Source: Candidatus Latescibacterota bacterium
GTDB lineage: Bacteria > Latescibacterota > UBA2968 > UBA8231
Direction of reading: 5' to 3'
DNA length: 64,000 nt
Assembly (NCBI GenBank): GCA_965261395.1
Contig: OZ253462.1
Span: 1,344,001 to 1,408,000, forward strand
Program-made: the position numbers and the translations under genes
Part shown: one piece after another, positions 53,663 through 64,000 of the stretch
Position numbering within the stretch: the first letter of the stretch is position 1
Layout of the letters: every line of letters starts with the position of its first letter
Notes under the pieces: model-generated
What the model was told of the DNA's origin: nothing
What the model saw: the letters and a program-made list of their open reading frames with translations, nothing else
The model's database searches: none

Positions 53663-55657
53663 ATGGTCCGCGCACCGATGTACAGAGTTGCTCTGATCGC
53701 GCTTGCGCTGTGCTCCTCGGCGGAGGCGCAAATATCGCTGTGGCAAATCGGCGGGGCCGGGCTGGCGTGGGACGAAAGCGACACCACGCGAGTCATCATG
53801 GCCATCGACGCGAATCGCATCCGGCCCGTGTATTTTGCCGACGATGACAACATGTTCCTATCGGTAGCGGGTTGGTCCGAGCTGATCATCCCGCGCGAGT
53901 TGGGGTACCTCGACGGGCATCAGCCGCGTCTGTGGTATGGCGACGGCACGAATGTCAACCAGACCTCGTACTACGACAGCCCGCTCTATGTGGATGGGCT
54001 GCGGAGCACGTACAACACGGCCCTCGACGGCTGGTGGACCCTAGACATCGGTGTGCCCGTGCCGGCCACGCACTTTGGGTTTGTCACGCCGACCGAGGGG
54101 ATCCGCTCCGACGGCGTGCAGCTCAACCAAGATCCCGTGCCGGCCTTTGAGGTGAGCATTGCCGCCGAGGTGAGCGACATCCTCGCGCAAAAGGGCTATT
54201 ACCGCTTGGGCACTCTCATCGCCGACGTGCCGGTCAACTTCGACCCGGAGGTCGAAATCGAGTTCCCCCAGCAATACGTGCGCTTTGTGCGCTACCAGCG
54301 CAAAGCATCCGTGCTCGACGAGCAGCGCACCACCGACAGCAACGCCGTACGCGGCACCATCGCCGAGTTTATACTCACTGGTCGCGGCGTGCCCAAGCGG
54401 GCCATTTACCGGAGCAAGATCCTCGACTTGGAGGGCGAGGTGAACTTTGGCCGCTTGGCGTGGGCAGCGCGCACCATGCGGATGGTCGGCGGAGAGGCCG
54501 TGGCCGTACCCGACGCCGAGGCATGGGTGGAGGTAGAGGTGCGGGCCGGCCGCGACGGCGACCCCAATATCTACTACGAGTACACGGACTCGGGCCGGGA
54601 GTTTGCGGTGACGCGCGAGCGCTACGAGAGCGAATTGCGCCTGCCCGAAACCGAGGGAATCCTGCAAATCGACCGCCAGCCCGGCATCCGCGCTTCCATT
54701 GGCTACGACAGCGAGAATTGGTCTTTTTGGTCTAGCCCCATCGCGGAATCCGGCACGTGGCTCGACCTGCGCAACGGCTCGCATTTGCAGCTCCAAATTA
54801 CCCTGCAAAGCCGGGCTTTCGGCGACTGGGTGGAACTCGATTCGCTGTGGATTGAAACCTCGCCATTGCTGGCCGATCAGATCGTGGGAGAGGTTGCGCG
54901 CGCCGCCGACATGCAGCCCGCCCCGGGTTTTGTCCAAGTCGAGTTGGGGGCGCGGGAGACCTTTGTGTACGACGTGCGAGCCTCGTTTGTCCGCGCCGCC
55001 GAGGGAGGCTTTGACCGAGTGCGGATCCACACCGGTATTGCGCCCGAGTTTGCGCGTTTGGAAATGGGCGACCCGCTCGTGGCCGTCGATCCGCTGGCTG
55101 TGGTCGAAGGCGATGCGAGCTTGGAAGTGGTCCTGCCGCGTAAAGTGACGGCCGCGTCCAACGACCCGCTGCGGGTGGTCTTTGACGTGGAGGTCTTTGC
55201 GCGCGCGACGACCTTTACCGGCGAGGTGTTGGCCGAGGGGGAGAGCCACCTGCCGCAGCCGATTGAGCCGGGCGATGCCAGTGCTGCCGTCTCCACCAAT
55301 AGTCTGCGGGTACTCGGGGCTGCGGAAACGACCTCGGAGATCATCCGGCGCGTGCGCTTGTCGAGCGGGGTCATCACGCCCAACGGCGACGGGGTCAACG
55401 ACCGCTTGGCTATAGATTACGCGCTCTTCCTGCTGCCCGCGCCCGTGCCGGTGGTGCTCAATGTGTACGACTTGGCGGGCAACCGCCGTGCCCAGATGGA
55501 GGTCGGTGCGCAGGGCACCGGTCCGCAGCGGGCTTTTTGGGACGGTCGCGACGAGCAGGGTGCACTCCTACCTCCGGGCCTGTACCTGTTGGACCTAGCG
55601 TTGGTGACCGAGGCCAAGCGCGGGCGCGCACTGCGGCCTGTCGGCTTGGTCTATTGA
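53663..55657 (+). CDS. Secreted protein with C-terminal FlgD-Ig-like domain
   Basis: Signal peptide; C-terminal 'ITPNGDGVND...VYDLAG...WDGRD..G..LPPGLY'. Confidence 0.75.
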   Translation: MVRAPMYRVALIALALCSSAEAQISLWQIGGAGLAWDESDTTRVIMAIDANRIRPVYFADDDNMFLSVAGWSELIIPRELGYLDGHQPRLWYGDGTNVNQTSYYDSPLYVDGLRSTYNTALDGWWTLDIGVPVPATHFGFVTPTEGIRSDGVQLNQDPVPAFEVSIAAEVSDILAQKGYYRLGTLIADVPVNFDPEVEIEFPQQYVRFVRYQRKASVLDEQRTTDSNAVRGTIAEFILTGRGVPKRAIYRSKILDLEGEVNFGRLAWAARTMRMVGGEAVAVPDAEAWVEVEVRAGRDGDPNIYYEYTDSGREFAVTRERYESELRLPETEGILQIDRQPGIRASIGYDSENWSFWSSPIAESGTWLDLRNGSHLQLQITLQSRAFGDWVELDSLWIETSPLLADQIVGEVARAADMQPAPGFVQVELGARETFVYDVRASFVRAAEGGFDRVRIHTGIAPEFARLEMGDPLVAVDPLAVVEGDASLEVVLPRKVTAASNDPLRVVFDVEVFARATTFTGEVLAEGESHLPQPIEPGDASAAVSTNSLRVLGAAETTSEIIRRVRLSSGVITPNGDGVNDRLAIDYALFLLPAPVPVVLNVYDLAGNRRAQMEVGAQGTGPQRAFWDGRDEQGALLPPGLYLLDLALVTEAKRGRALRPVGLVY

Positions 55658-55668
55658 GGGAGCAACGC

Positions 55669-58020
55669 ATGGCGATCTTTTTCTTATGCGCAGGTCTTGG
55701 CCTGTGGGCCGGCCCCCTCGTCGCCGAGATCTTTACCTTTGACAGCGCCGAAAAGTGGCAGACTTGGCAACTGCCGCAAGGGCTGGTACAGCTTGGCGCG
55801 TCTGGGCACCTAGAGTTGGTCAAATTCCGCAAGGCCATCGACCCCGTGCGCGATGCGGGCGGCTTTTTCCACGATACGATGGAGCGAAAAGCCGCGCAGG
55901 GCGGCATCTTTCGGGCTGGGTCCAATCCGGGCGACGCCTTCAAGATCATCGATGGCGACGCTAACACTTTCTGGCAGCCCGATCTGGCCGATCCGCTGGC
56001 CAAATGGGAAGTCGAGATTGACTTGGGTCGGGCGGTGTTGGCCCAAGAGCTGCGCTTATACTTCCCCGACCAAGCAGGCGCGCGTCCCTTGCGGCAGTTT
56101 ACGGTCTATGTGGCCACCGGGGCGACGATCGACCCCCGCAAGGACCTCTTCCGCTTCGAGCCGGTGTATCAGACGACCTTGCCCAACGAAGAGACCGAGA
56201 CCCGCATCGAGCTGAGCGGGCGCAACGACACCACGCGGGTCCTAGACCCCGGTTTGGACGTGGTGCTGGAGGATGCGGCGCGTTTCCGGGTCATCCAGTA
56301 CATTCGCATCGGCGTCGATGAGCAGAGTGCGGACGCAGCCCTCGCCGAGGTCGAGGTGAGCGCCGTCGGCGACAACCTCAGCCTCGGTACCCTAGAGCGC
56401 GGTGGGACCTTCGCAACCGGCCTAGTCGTCCGCGACGTGGTGGGTTTGGTTGACGGCGACATGAATACCTATGCCAACAAGTTCACTACCTATCGAGCCA
56501 CCTCCGGCTGGCGCAACGAAGGGCTGTGGTGGGAGCTGGATCTAGGGGCCCAGTTCTGGATCGACGAGATCCTCCTCTACTTCAACAACCAAGGCGAGGG
56601 GGCTTCCGGCTCTTCGGTGCGCAACGGGGGCACGGGATTCGCCTTCTTGGTCTCGGACGGGCGGCGCACGACCTCGGGCGAGGTGGACTACGATCGCTTG
56701 GTGGGCCAAGGCAACGAGCAGGAGCCCTTCGCCGGTCCAGAGCGGCACTATCGCTACCTGTTCGAGCCGCGCAAAGTGCGCTACCTGTTTTGGCACGGCT
56801 TCCTGCGCGGCCTCCCGAATTCGTGGGAGTGGCACGCGCGCGCGGCAGAACTGATGCTGTTTTCGCCCGGTTACCCGGCACAAGTGGTGCTGCGCTCGGG
56901 CTTCATTGACTTGGGCCAGATCGTCGGCGACGGCCGCTCCAAGGCCATTAAGAATCTGTCGTGGGATGCGGATTTGCCAGTGGGAACGCGGATGCAGTTG
57001 CGTTCCCGCTCGGGCGTGGTGCTCAGCGAGGAGTACACATTTCACAACAAGATCGGCGAAGAGGTCACCGAAGAGAAATGGATCAGCTCGCCCAAGGTAC
57101 TGCGCGGCCGGGTGGATACCGCACTGGTCGTCGGCGAGGATTGGGGCGAGTGGAGCAATGTCTATCAGCTTTCGGGCGAAGCCTTCCAGTCGGATAGTCC
57201 GCGCCGCTTCATCCAGCTAGAGGCCTTGCTTTCGACCGAGGATCCGCGGGTTGCGCCCGTGTTGCGCTCGCTGTCGATCGAATTTGAGGACGCCTTGGTG
57301 ACTGAGGCCAGGGGGCAGATCTGGCCGCGTCAAGCTCAGCCTAACGAGGACACGCGCTTTACCTATACGCTGTGGCCTACGGCTGCCGAGGACGATAGCG
57401 GCTTTGACCGGCTGCGGCTCATCGCTCCCGGCGGCTGGCTGGAGGCCGGAGCAGTGGAGGTGAACCTTGCCGGTGAGACCATCGCCCCGGAGGAGGTCGC
57501 GCTGCGGGGCGACTCCCTTTTCGTGACCTTAGGTCAGCGCGTTGGCGGCGACTCGCTGGAAGTCCATTTCACCGCGCGCTTGTGGCGCAATGCCACGGTC
57601 TTCAGCGCAGAGCTTGGCCACGCCGACCGGCCGGGCCTTTGGCAGTCGGTGGAGGCCGCTGCTCGGCGCGCCAACGTGGTGCTCCTACCGGCCCTAGCTG
57701 GCAGCGACCGCCTAATCGGCGACTTGGAGCTGTCGCCCACCGCCTTCACGCCCAACGGCGACGGCATCAACGATCAGGTGCAAATCCGGTTTGTGATTTT
57801 TAAGGTCGAGGAAGCCATGCCGCAGGTGCGGATCCTCGACTTGGTGGGGCGGGTGGTAGCCGAGCTTTCCGGCGCGCTTGGGGGAGTTGCCGCGTACACG
57901 TGGTCGGGCCGCGATGCACACGGGGCGGCCGTGCCTCCGGGCCTGTATCTCTGCCACATTGATTTGGGGGCGGCAGCCGGCGAGAGCGTGGCTGTGCGCC
58001 CCGTCGCTGTCATCTATTAA
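55669..58020 (+). CDS. Secreted protein with discoidin-like modules and C-terminal FlgD-Ig-like domain
   Basis: Signal peptide, 'IDGD.NT.W', 'EIDLG', '[10 protein letters not shown]...WSGRD..G..VPPGLY'; paralogous to the upstream gene. Confidence 0.75.
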   Translation: MAIFFLCAGLGLWAGPLVAEIFTFDSAEKWQTWQLPQGLVQLGASGHLELVKFRKAIDPVRDAGGFFHDTMERKAAQGGIFRAGSNPGDAFKIIDGDANTFWQPDLADPLAKWEVEIDLGRAVLAQELRLYFPDQAGARPLRQFTVYVATGATIDPRKDLFRFEPVYQTTLPNEETETRIELSGRNDTTRVLDPGLDVVLEDAARFRVIQYIRIGVDEQSADAALAEVEVSAVGDNLSLGTLERGGTFATGLVVRDVVGLVDGDMNTYANKFTTYRATSGWRNEGLWWELDLGAQFWIDEILLYFNNQGEGASGSSVRNGGTGFAFLVSDGRRTTSGEVDYDRLVGQGNEQEPFAGPERHYRYLFEPRKVRYLFWHGFLRGLPNSWEWHARAAELMLFSPGYPAQVVLRSGFIDLGQIVGDGRSKAIKNLSWDADLPVGTRMQLRSRSGVVLSEEYTFHNKIGEEVTEEKWISSPKVLRGRVDTALVVGEDWGEWSNVYQLSGEAFQSDSPRRFIQLEALLSTEDPRVAPVLRSLSIEFEDALVTEARGQIWPRQAQPNEDTRFTYTLWPTAAEDDSGFDRLRLIAPGGWLEAGAVEVNLAGETIAPEEVALRGDSLFVTLGQRVGGDSLEVHFTARLWRNATVFSAELGHADRPGLWQSVEAAARRANVVLLPALAGSDRLIGDLELSPTAFTPNGDGINDQVQIRFVIFKVEEAMPQVRILDLVGRVVAELSGALGGVAAYTWSGRDAHGAAVPPGLYLCHIDLGAAAGESVAVRPVAVIY

Positions 58021-58039
58021 CCCTTGCGCAAGGAGTTCC

Positions 58040-59452
58040 ATGTCCCGTCCCAACATCCTCTTCATTATGACCGACGACCACGCGGCCCACGCCATGAGTT
58101 GCTACGGCAGCCGCATCAACACCACGCCCAACCTCGACCGCATCGCCCAAGGCGGCATGCGCTTTGACAACTGTTTTTGCACCAATTCCATTTGTGGCCC
58201 CTCCCGCGCCACCATCCTCACCGGCACGTACAATCACGTCAACGGCATGACCACCTTGAACTCGCGCCACGACAACCGCCAGCTCAACTTCGCCAAGCTC
58301 TTGCAGGACGTCGGCTACCAGACCGCCATCGTCGGCAAATGGCACCTAGGCCAAGGACCGGCCCACTGGCCCACCGGCTTCGACTACTACAACATTCTCC
58401 AGGGCCAAGGTCCCTATTTCGACCCGGAAATGGTGTGCAACGGCGACAAGGTCCAATACCAGGGCTACACCACCGATATTATCACCGATCTGTCGCTCGA
58501 CTGGCTCAAGGCGCGCGACAAGGACCGACCCTTCTGCCTGCTGTACCACCACAAGGCACCGCACCGCCCGTGGGAGCCGGACGAAAAACACGCCCATCTG
58601 TACGAAGACGAAGATATTCCCGAACCGGAGACCTTTGACGACGACTACCAGAATCGGGCGGCGGCAGCCGGGGCCGCCAAAATGCGGATCGACCGCGACC
58701 TCAACGCCACCGATCTCAAGCGGCCCGTCCCCGCAGGGCTGACCCCAGAAGAGGAAAAGAGGTGGAAGTACCAGCGCTATATAAAGGATTATCTGCGCTG
58801 CGTCGCCTCGGTCGATGACAACGTCGGTCGCGTGCTGGACTATCTCGACGCCGAGGACATTGCCGACGACACCATCGTCGTCTATACCTCGGATCAGGGC
58901 TTTTTCCTCGGCGACCACGGCTGGTACGACAAGCGCTTCATGTACGAGGAATCGCTGCGCATGCCTTTCCTCATCCGCTATCCTCGTGCCATTGCCGCCA
59001 GCAGCGTCAGCGCCGACATGATTCTCAACGTTGACTTTGCCCCCACGTTCCTCGACTACGCTGGCGTCGCCATTCCCGACTCGTTCCAGGGTCGCTCTAT
59101 GCGCCCCGTGCTGGAAGGACGGACCCCGGACGACTGGCAGACTGCGATGTATTACCGCTACTGGATGCACTTGGCGCACCACCACGTGTACGCCCACTAT
59201 GGGGTCCGCACCCTGCGCTACAAGCTCATCTACTACTATGCCGACGCCCTAGGCCAGCCTGGTGCGCTAGACGAGGCCAAAGAGCCGGAGTGGGAATTGT
59301 TCGATCTGGAAAATGATCCGTGCGAACTGGTCAATGTGTACCACGACTCGGCCTACGCCGAAGTGGTGCGCCATTTGCGCGGGGAATTGCGCCGCCTACA
59401 GGAAAAAGTGGGCGACCAGCCCTATGTGGGGGAAGATCCGCTGCCGGATTGA
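58040..59452 (+). CDS. Sulfatase (Cys-type, formylglycine-dependent)
   Basis: '[10 protein letters not shown]', 'CGPSRA..LTG', 'GKWHLG', 'TSDQG', 'YEES..MP'. Confidence 0.95.
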   Translation: MSRPNILFIMTDDHAAHAMSCYGSRINTTPNLDRIAQGGMRFDNCFCTNSICGPSRATILTGTYNHVNGMTTLNSRHDNRQLNFAKLLQDVGYQTAIVGKWHLGQGPAHWPTGFDYYNILQGQGPYFDPEMVCNGDKVQYQGYTTDIITDLSLDWLKARDKDRPFCLLYHHKAPHRPWEPDEKHAHLYEDEDIPEPETFDDDYQNRAAAAGAAKMRIDRDLNATDLKRPVPAGLTPEEEKRWKYQRYIKDYLRCVASVDDNVGRVLDYLDAEDIADDTIVVYTSDQGFFLGDHGWYDKRFMYEESLRMPFLIRYPRAIAASSVSADMILNVDFAPTFLDYAGVAIPDSFQGRSMRPVLEGRTPDDWQTAMYYRYWMHLAHHHVYAHYGVRTLRYKLIYYYADALGQPGALDEAKEPEWELFDLENDPCELVNVYHDSAYAEVVRHLRGELRRLQEKVGDQPYVGEDPLPD

Positions 59453-59513
59453 GCTAGGTGAAGCCCAAAGCGGTACACTCGCAGGTTTTAAGACGGCTGC
59501 TGGGAGAAAACTC

Positions 59514-61334
59514 ATGCCCGAATCATATCGCGGTTCACATCAGCAGTACGACGCGGTTTGCCAATCCAACGTGATGATTCCGATGCGCGATGGCGTATGC
59601 TTGGCAACCGACATCTACTTTCCTGCGCTGGGCGGTCAGCCGGCGGCGGGAAAATTTCCGGTAATTTTGGAACGCACTCCCTACGACAAGGCAGCCGCGG
59701 GCAATGTGACGAATGGTGCGTACTACGCCCGGCGCGGTTACGTCTGCGCGATTCAGGATGTGCGCGGCCGCTTTGCCAGCGACGGCGAGTGGTATCCATT
59801 TGCCAAAGAAGCCCCCGATGGCTACGACACGGTGGAATGGCTCGCCGCGCAAGAGTGGAGCGATGGACAAATCGGCACGATGGGCGGGTCGTATTGCGGC
59901 AGCGATCAGTCGGCGCTGGCAACGCTCAACCCGCCGCATCTGGCGACGATGATCGTCGCTGTTGGCGCGTCGAATTACTACCACTGTTCGATGCGCCAAA
60001 ACGGCGCGCTCGAACAACGGTTCATGATCTATGCCTTCCGCATGGCGACTACCAGCAAGGAAGCGCTTGCCGATGTTAACATCAAAGCCGCGGTTGACAA
60101 GGCGTTTGCCAATGTGGACGAGTGGGTGTCGCGTGCTCCGCTCAAGAAAGGCACATCGCCGTTGCGGATGCTGCCGAATTACGAACAATGGGTGCTCGAT
60201 CTGTTCACGCACGGAGAGTACGATGATTACTGGAAGCAACGCGGGTACGCCATCTCCCAGTATTACGAAGAGCACGCTGACGTGCCGACTCTCTACCTAG
60301 GTGGATGGTATGATTCGTATGCGCGGGCGACCTGCGAGAATTTTACGGTACTCAGCAAAATGAAAAAGTCGCGGCAGGTGTTATTGATGGGACCGTGGAC
60401 GCATGGCGGCTGGAGTGTGTCGAATGCCGGCGACGTTGATTTCGGCAATCACTCCTTCATTAATTACAATGACCTGCGGCTGGCGTGGTTCGACCACTTC
60501 CTCAAAGGGCAGCACACAGAAGTCGCTGACTGGTCGCCGGTCAAGATTTTCGTGATGGGCACTGGCGAGGGCACAGCCAACTATCAGGGACGCCTCCATC
60601 ACGGCGGCCATTGGCGCGACGAGCAGGACTTTCCCCTGCCCGACACCCAGTTCACGCCGTACTATCTGCACGCCGCTGGCGAGCTGTCCACCGCGCTACC
60701 AACGACTGGTCGCCCAGCAAGCCGCTTTAGCTTTGATCCGCGCGATCCCGTTCCAACTATTGGCGGCGGAATCTCCGCTGCGGACCCCATCATGGGTGCT
60801 GGTGCGTTTGACCAGCTAGGGGACTCCAGGTTCTTTGGCTGCAAAGACACCCTACCTCTCAATGCCCGCAGCGATGTCCTGACCTTCCAGACCGATCCGT
60901 TAGAGAACGATGTGGAAGTCACGGGGCCAATTACGGTTAAACTCTACGCCTCATCATCGGCCCGCGATACTGACTTCACAGCCAAACTGATCGACGTTTG
61001 TCCATTGAGCGATGACTATCCCGATGGGCTTGCCATCAACCTGACAGACTCCATCATCCGCGCCCGCTACCGCAATAGTTGGGATGCTCCAGAATTATTG
61101 GAACCGGGGAAGGTTTACGAATTCGTCTTTCAACTGTATCCGACGTCCAACGTCTTCAAGAAGGGACATCGGATTCGCTTAGACATTTCTAGCAGCAACT
61201 GGCCGCGCTTTGACGCGAATCCGAATACGGGCGGCGATTTGGGCTTTGAGCGGCGGTTTGAGATTGCAGAGCAGGCGATCTATCACGAGCCTGAACACCC
61301 GTCGCATGTGGTTTTACCCATTCTTGAGCGCTAA
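59514..61334 (+). CDS. CocE/NonD family hydrolase
   Basis: 'MRDGV.LATDIY.P', 'RTPY', 'QDVRG...S.G', nucleophile 'GGSY', 'GW.D', 'GPW.H'. Confidence 0.93.
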   Translation: MPESYRGSHQQYDAVCQSNVMIPMRDGVCLATDIYFPALGGQPAAGKFPVILERTPYDKAAAGNVTNGAYYARRGYVCAIQDVRGRFASDGEWYPFAKEAPDGYDTVEWLAAQEWSDGQIGTMGGSYCGSDQSALATLNPPHLATMIVAVGASNYYHCSMRQNGALEQRFMIYAFRMATTSKEALADVNIKAAVDKAFANVDEWVSRAPLKKGTSPLRMLPNYEQWVLDLFTHGEYDDYWKQRGYAISQYYEEHADVPTLYLGGWYDSYARATCENFTVLSKMKKSRQVLLMGPWTHGGWSVSNAGDVDFGNHSFINYNDLRLAWFDHFLKGQHTEVADWSPVKIFVMGTGEGTANYQGRLHHGGHWRDEQDFPLPDTQFTPYYLHAAGELSTALPTTGRPASRFSFDPRDPVPTIGGGISAADPIMGAGAFDQLGDSRFFGCKDTLPLNARSDVLTFQTDPLENDVEVTGPITVKLYASSSARDTDFTAKLIDVCPLSDDYPDGLAINLTDSIIRARYRNSWDAPELLEPGKVYEFVFQLYPTSNVFKKGHRIRLDISSSNWPRFDANPNTGGDLGFERRFEIAEQAIYHEPEHPSHVVLPILER

Positions 61335-61370
61335 GCGAGCCACGAAACGTACAGGTGAAAAGTCCGCCGC

Positions 61371-62378
61371 TCACAAACGCGTCCCCTGCTCTTTGAACCA
61401 ATCGAAGGCGTCGCGGATTGATTCTGCAAGTGGCCGAGATTCGTATCCCAATAGTTCCCTCGCTGAGGATTGATCAACGGATACCGGGCAGTCGTGCAAG
61501 AGTTTGAGCGAGTTTCGGGAGTAAAGAGGCGGTCGGATTCGCCTAGCGGCATGTTTAATCAAGGGCAAACCTGCCCGAGCCAGAAAATGGGATATGACAG
61601 GGCGCATCACGCTATGTCCCAAGACCTGAGAACATAGACGCGCCAGTTGAACGGTCCTTGCGTATCGCCCCGCAGTAAAATGAACCTCACCCCCGTATTC
61701 GTTGGTCCCCACAGCATTCGCTATGGCATTTGCCACGTCGCGCACGTCGCTCCACCAAAATCCCCCCTTGACGAGACACGGAAGCTGCTTGCGCGCTATG
61801 GCGAGCAACGCGCTGCCGACGAGGGTCGGTTCACTGTCGCCGGGGCCTATGAGGGCCGAAGGACAGACGATAGATGCATTGAGCCAACCGCCTCTCGTCG
61901 CGTCAAGCACGCTTACATGCGCTTCGGCTTTTGTGGCCTTGTAGGGGATTTTGGAATGCTGATCCAGTTTTGAACTGACACTTAGAGTCGTTCCACTCAG
62001 CGGGCTGAATGCGTGGATGGAACTGATGTGTACCAGTTTGCGGACGCCGTTGCCAATACATGCTTGAATCACATTGCGGGTGCCCGTCAGGTTGACTTCA
62101 TCAGCTAAACCTGCGGGATCATCGTCAATGGGCACAATCTCGGCACTGTGGACGACGGCGTGAGCATTTTGGAATGCTTGGTTCAACGACTCAGGATTGC
62201 GGACATCGGCCGACCGCAATTCGACCTGTTTGCTCAGGTCCTCGGGAAGTTTGCGATTGCTACCCTCGCGCGTAACCGCGCACACCGCATACCCGCAGTG
62301 CAACAAGGCGCGACATATATGGCTGCCGAGAAAGCCCGCAGCACCGGTCACCGCCACTGTGCTACCCGTGTCACTCAT
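61371..62378 (-). CDS. NAD-dependent epimerase/dehydratase (dihydroflavonol reductase/HpnA-like)
   Basis: 'VTGAAGFLG', 'HISS', 'YKATK', 'DVRDVA'. Confidence 0.88.
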   Translation of the reverse strand: MSDTGSTVAVTGAAGFLGSHICRALLHCGYAVCAVTREGSNRKLPEDLSKQVELRSADVRNPESLNQAFQNAHAVVHSAEIVPIDDDPAGLADEVNLTGTRNVIQACIGNGVRKLVHISSIHAFSPLSGTTLSVSSKLDQHSKIPYKATKAEAHVSVLDATRGGWLNASIVCPSALIGPGDSEPTLVGSALLAIARKQLPCLVKGGFWWSDVRDVANAIANAVGTNEYGGEVHFTAGRYARTVQLARLCSQVLGHSVMRPVISHFLARAGLPLIKHAARRIRPPLYSRNSLKLLHDCPVSVDQSSARELLGYESRPLAESIRDAFDWFKEQGTRL

Positions 62379-62409
62379 GCCTGCCGTCCTGACTCTTGGC
62401 TGCTCTTCC

Positions 62410-63192
62410 CTATGACCAATTCTTTGGCCAGGAAAAATGCGCGTTGATATCTTCCACGTATTTCATCGGTTCATTGGGTTCAATATTAAACAACGCGTCC
62501 AGTGTCTCCAACCCATGCTCATAAGATTTTGTCTCTTTGCTTTCGAGCACGCCAAACAGCAGCATCGATTTATCGCCCGACAAGACCGCTTCGAGGGTGC
62601 GCTCCATGTCGAGCCAGTCGGGATAGATGCATTCCAGCATGATTTTCTTGGGTAACGGCGGCACGCGCAAAGGCTGAATGCCTTTCTTATTCACGATCGC
62701 GGGGACTTCCACCGCCACGTCGTCGGGAATGCCCGGCAGGGCTCCGCAATTGGGCACATTCACCTGAAACTGGCCTTCCACGTTGTTGACCAGTCCGTTC
62801 ATAATGGGAATATGCTGCTCGGGCGTCATCTGATCGCCAAACAGATCAACCGGCCGGATTTTCTCATCATAGGCCGCCGCTTTCATCTGCTCGTACTTTT
62901 TGGCCTTGCCCGCTAGCACTGCATCGCGCCCAGCCGGCGTGTCTTTGCCGCCATTGGGGTCGTACCAGTATTTCCGCGTCGCCAAATCCGTGTGATACCA
63001 CCAGCCACCGCGCCGAGGCGTATCGCCAATGGGCATCAGGCCATACATCTTGTATTGATGAATCGCCGCGCGCGACATCTGCGTGGGGATCGCCTTGCCT
63101 TCGCGGGTCATTCTTTCCCAATACGCCTCGCTTTCTTCGGCGATCCACTGATTCAGCGTTGGGTACATGTCTTTGTTTTCATAGATGAAATC
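62410..63192 (-). pseudogene. C-terminal part of a GH4 glycoside hydrolase, cut by an IS5
   Basis: 'PIGDTPR..GWWYH', 'EQHIPI', 'VNVPN.G...G.PDDV.VEVPA'; the frame runs into the IS end at 63193. Confidence 0.8.
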
Positions 63193-64000
63193 GGCTTTGT
63201 TGCATGAAAACCGGTCGGGGCCGTGTTGGCTTCTTTCGCGTGTGATTTACGCTTTTTTGGTTAGCGGATAGGACTCAGGTTTCGCCAACGCCCGCATCCG
63301 GTTGAGCAAGGCACAGCCCAACCGCGCTTCGGTCTGTTGGTTGGTTAGGGTTCGGGTGCGCAAGGTGTCACCAAGTATCTGTTTGTAGCGGCCTATCTGC
63401 GTTTCGGCTACCGAGCGTCGATGATAGCCGCTCTCGTGTTTCCAACCTCGACGGCCCCGTTTGCGGATGGCTCGAATCGTCTCATCGCGGGGCAACGGCT
63501 CGGCGTTGGTGTTGCCATGTTGCTCGATTTTGGCGTCCTTGCGCGGCGGAATGATCGGATGAATAGGTGCCCCCTGCTCGGGCGCGGCCAACGCCTTGAA
63601 CACCTTGCGTTTGTCATAGGCCCCATCGCCGCCCAACGCCTCCACGGGGGCCTCGATCTGTGCCAGCAACGGCTCCACCTGCCCCGCATCATCGTGGCTA
63701 TTCGTCGTCAAGGTCTGCGCGACGATCTCGCCGGTGGCTTCATTAACCCCGAGGTGCAATTTGCGCCACGTGCGCCGCTTGCTCCAGCCGTGCTGACGCA
63801 CCTTCCATTCGCCTTCGCCATACACTTTCAGCCCGGTCGAATCCACCACCAAGTGCATCGGTTGGTCTCCCCGCTGGGGCGGCCACGCCACGGCTAAACC
63901 CGCCTGACGGCGCGACAGGGTCGTGTGATCGGGCACCCGCAGATCCAAGCCCATCAGGGCCAACACCGAAGCGACAAACCCCTCGGTTTGGCGTAGGGGC
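63193..64000 (-). mobile_element. IS5-family (IS903 group) element, truncated by the window end
   Basis: Terminus GGCTTTGTTGCA matches the IS903-type TIR start. Confidence 0.88.
63247..64000 (-). CDS. IS5 (IS903 group) transposase, 5' end outside the window
   Basis: 'PDHTTLSRR', 'DSTGLKV.GEGEW', 'WRKLHL', 'DGAYD', 'GYHRRS.AET'. Confidence 0.93.
   Translation of the reverse strand, partial: PLRQTEGFVASVLALMGLDLRVPDHTTLSRRQAGLAVAWPPQRGDQPMHLVVDSTGLKVYGEGEWKVRQHGWSKRRTWRKLHLGVNEATGEIVAQTLTTNSHDDAGQVEPLLAQIEAPVEALGGDGAYDKRKVFKALAAPEQGAPIHPIIPPRKDAKIEQHGNTNAEPLPRDETIRAIRKRGRRGWKHESGYHRRSVAETQIGRYKQILGDTLRTRTLTNQQTEARLGCALLNRMRALAKPESYPLTKKA

Overview
GC-rich bacterial chromosomal window. Gene content (DUF6785-type membrane proteins, FlgD-Ig/'TPNGDGVND'-tailed secreted proteins, sulfatase, CRTAC/ASPIC-TPR, many sugar-catabolic TIM barrels) resembles Latescibacterota/Poribacteria-like bacteria; this is inference. 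Core genes include a double-length uvrA, thpR, a THUMP RNA methyltransferase, selB, a SelA-like PLP enzyme, sppA, a TsaC/YciO-like gene and an ExbB/ExbD cluster. Three accessory hotspots interrupt them. (1) 6.4-9.9 kb: the uvrA/isomerase divergent promoter region is present twice, each copy framing different defence/TA cargo. (2) 13.9-20.2 kb: a type IIG R-M gene, BrnT, an antitoxin-FRG-TPR fusion and spliced TA remnants. (3) 23.0-27.2 kb: a collapsed type III-like R-M relic and a gene split by an IS1595 element (25-bp perfect TIRs, 8-bp TSD). That element contains an IS5, a small FN3-like passenger gene and a highly structured ~160-nt non-coding region resembling a cis-antisense RNA module, which is the most novel candidate here. 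The sequence also appears depleted of CCWGG and enriched in its deamination products, and it carries several pseudogenes and rearrangement scars. No rRNA, tRNA or CRISPR array was seen. All family assignments are by eye from motifs; no database search was run.
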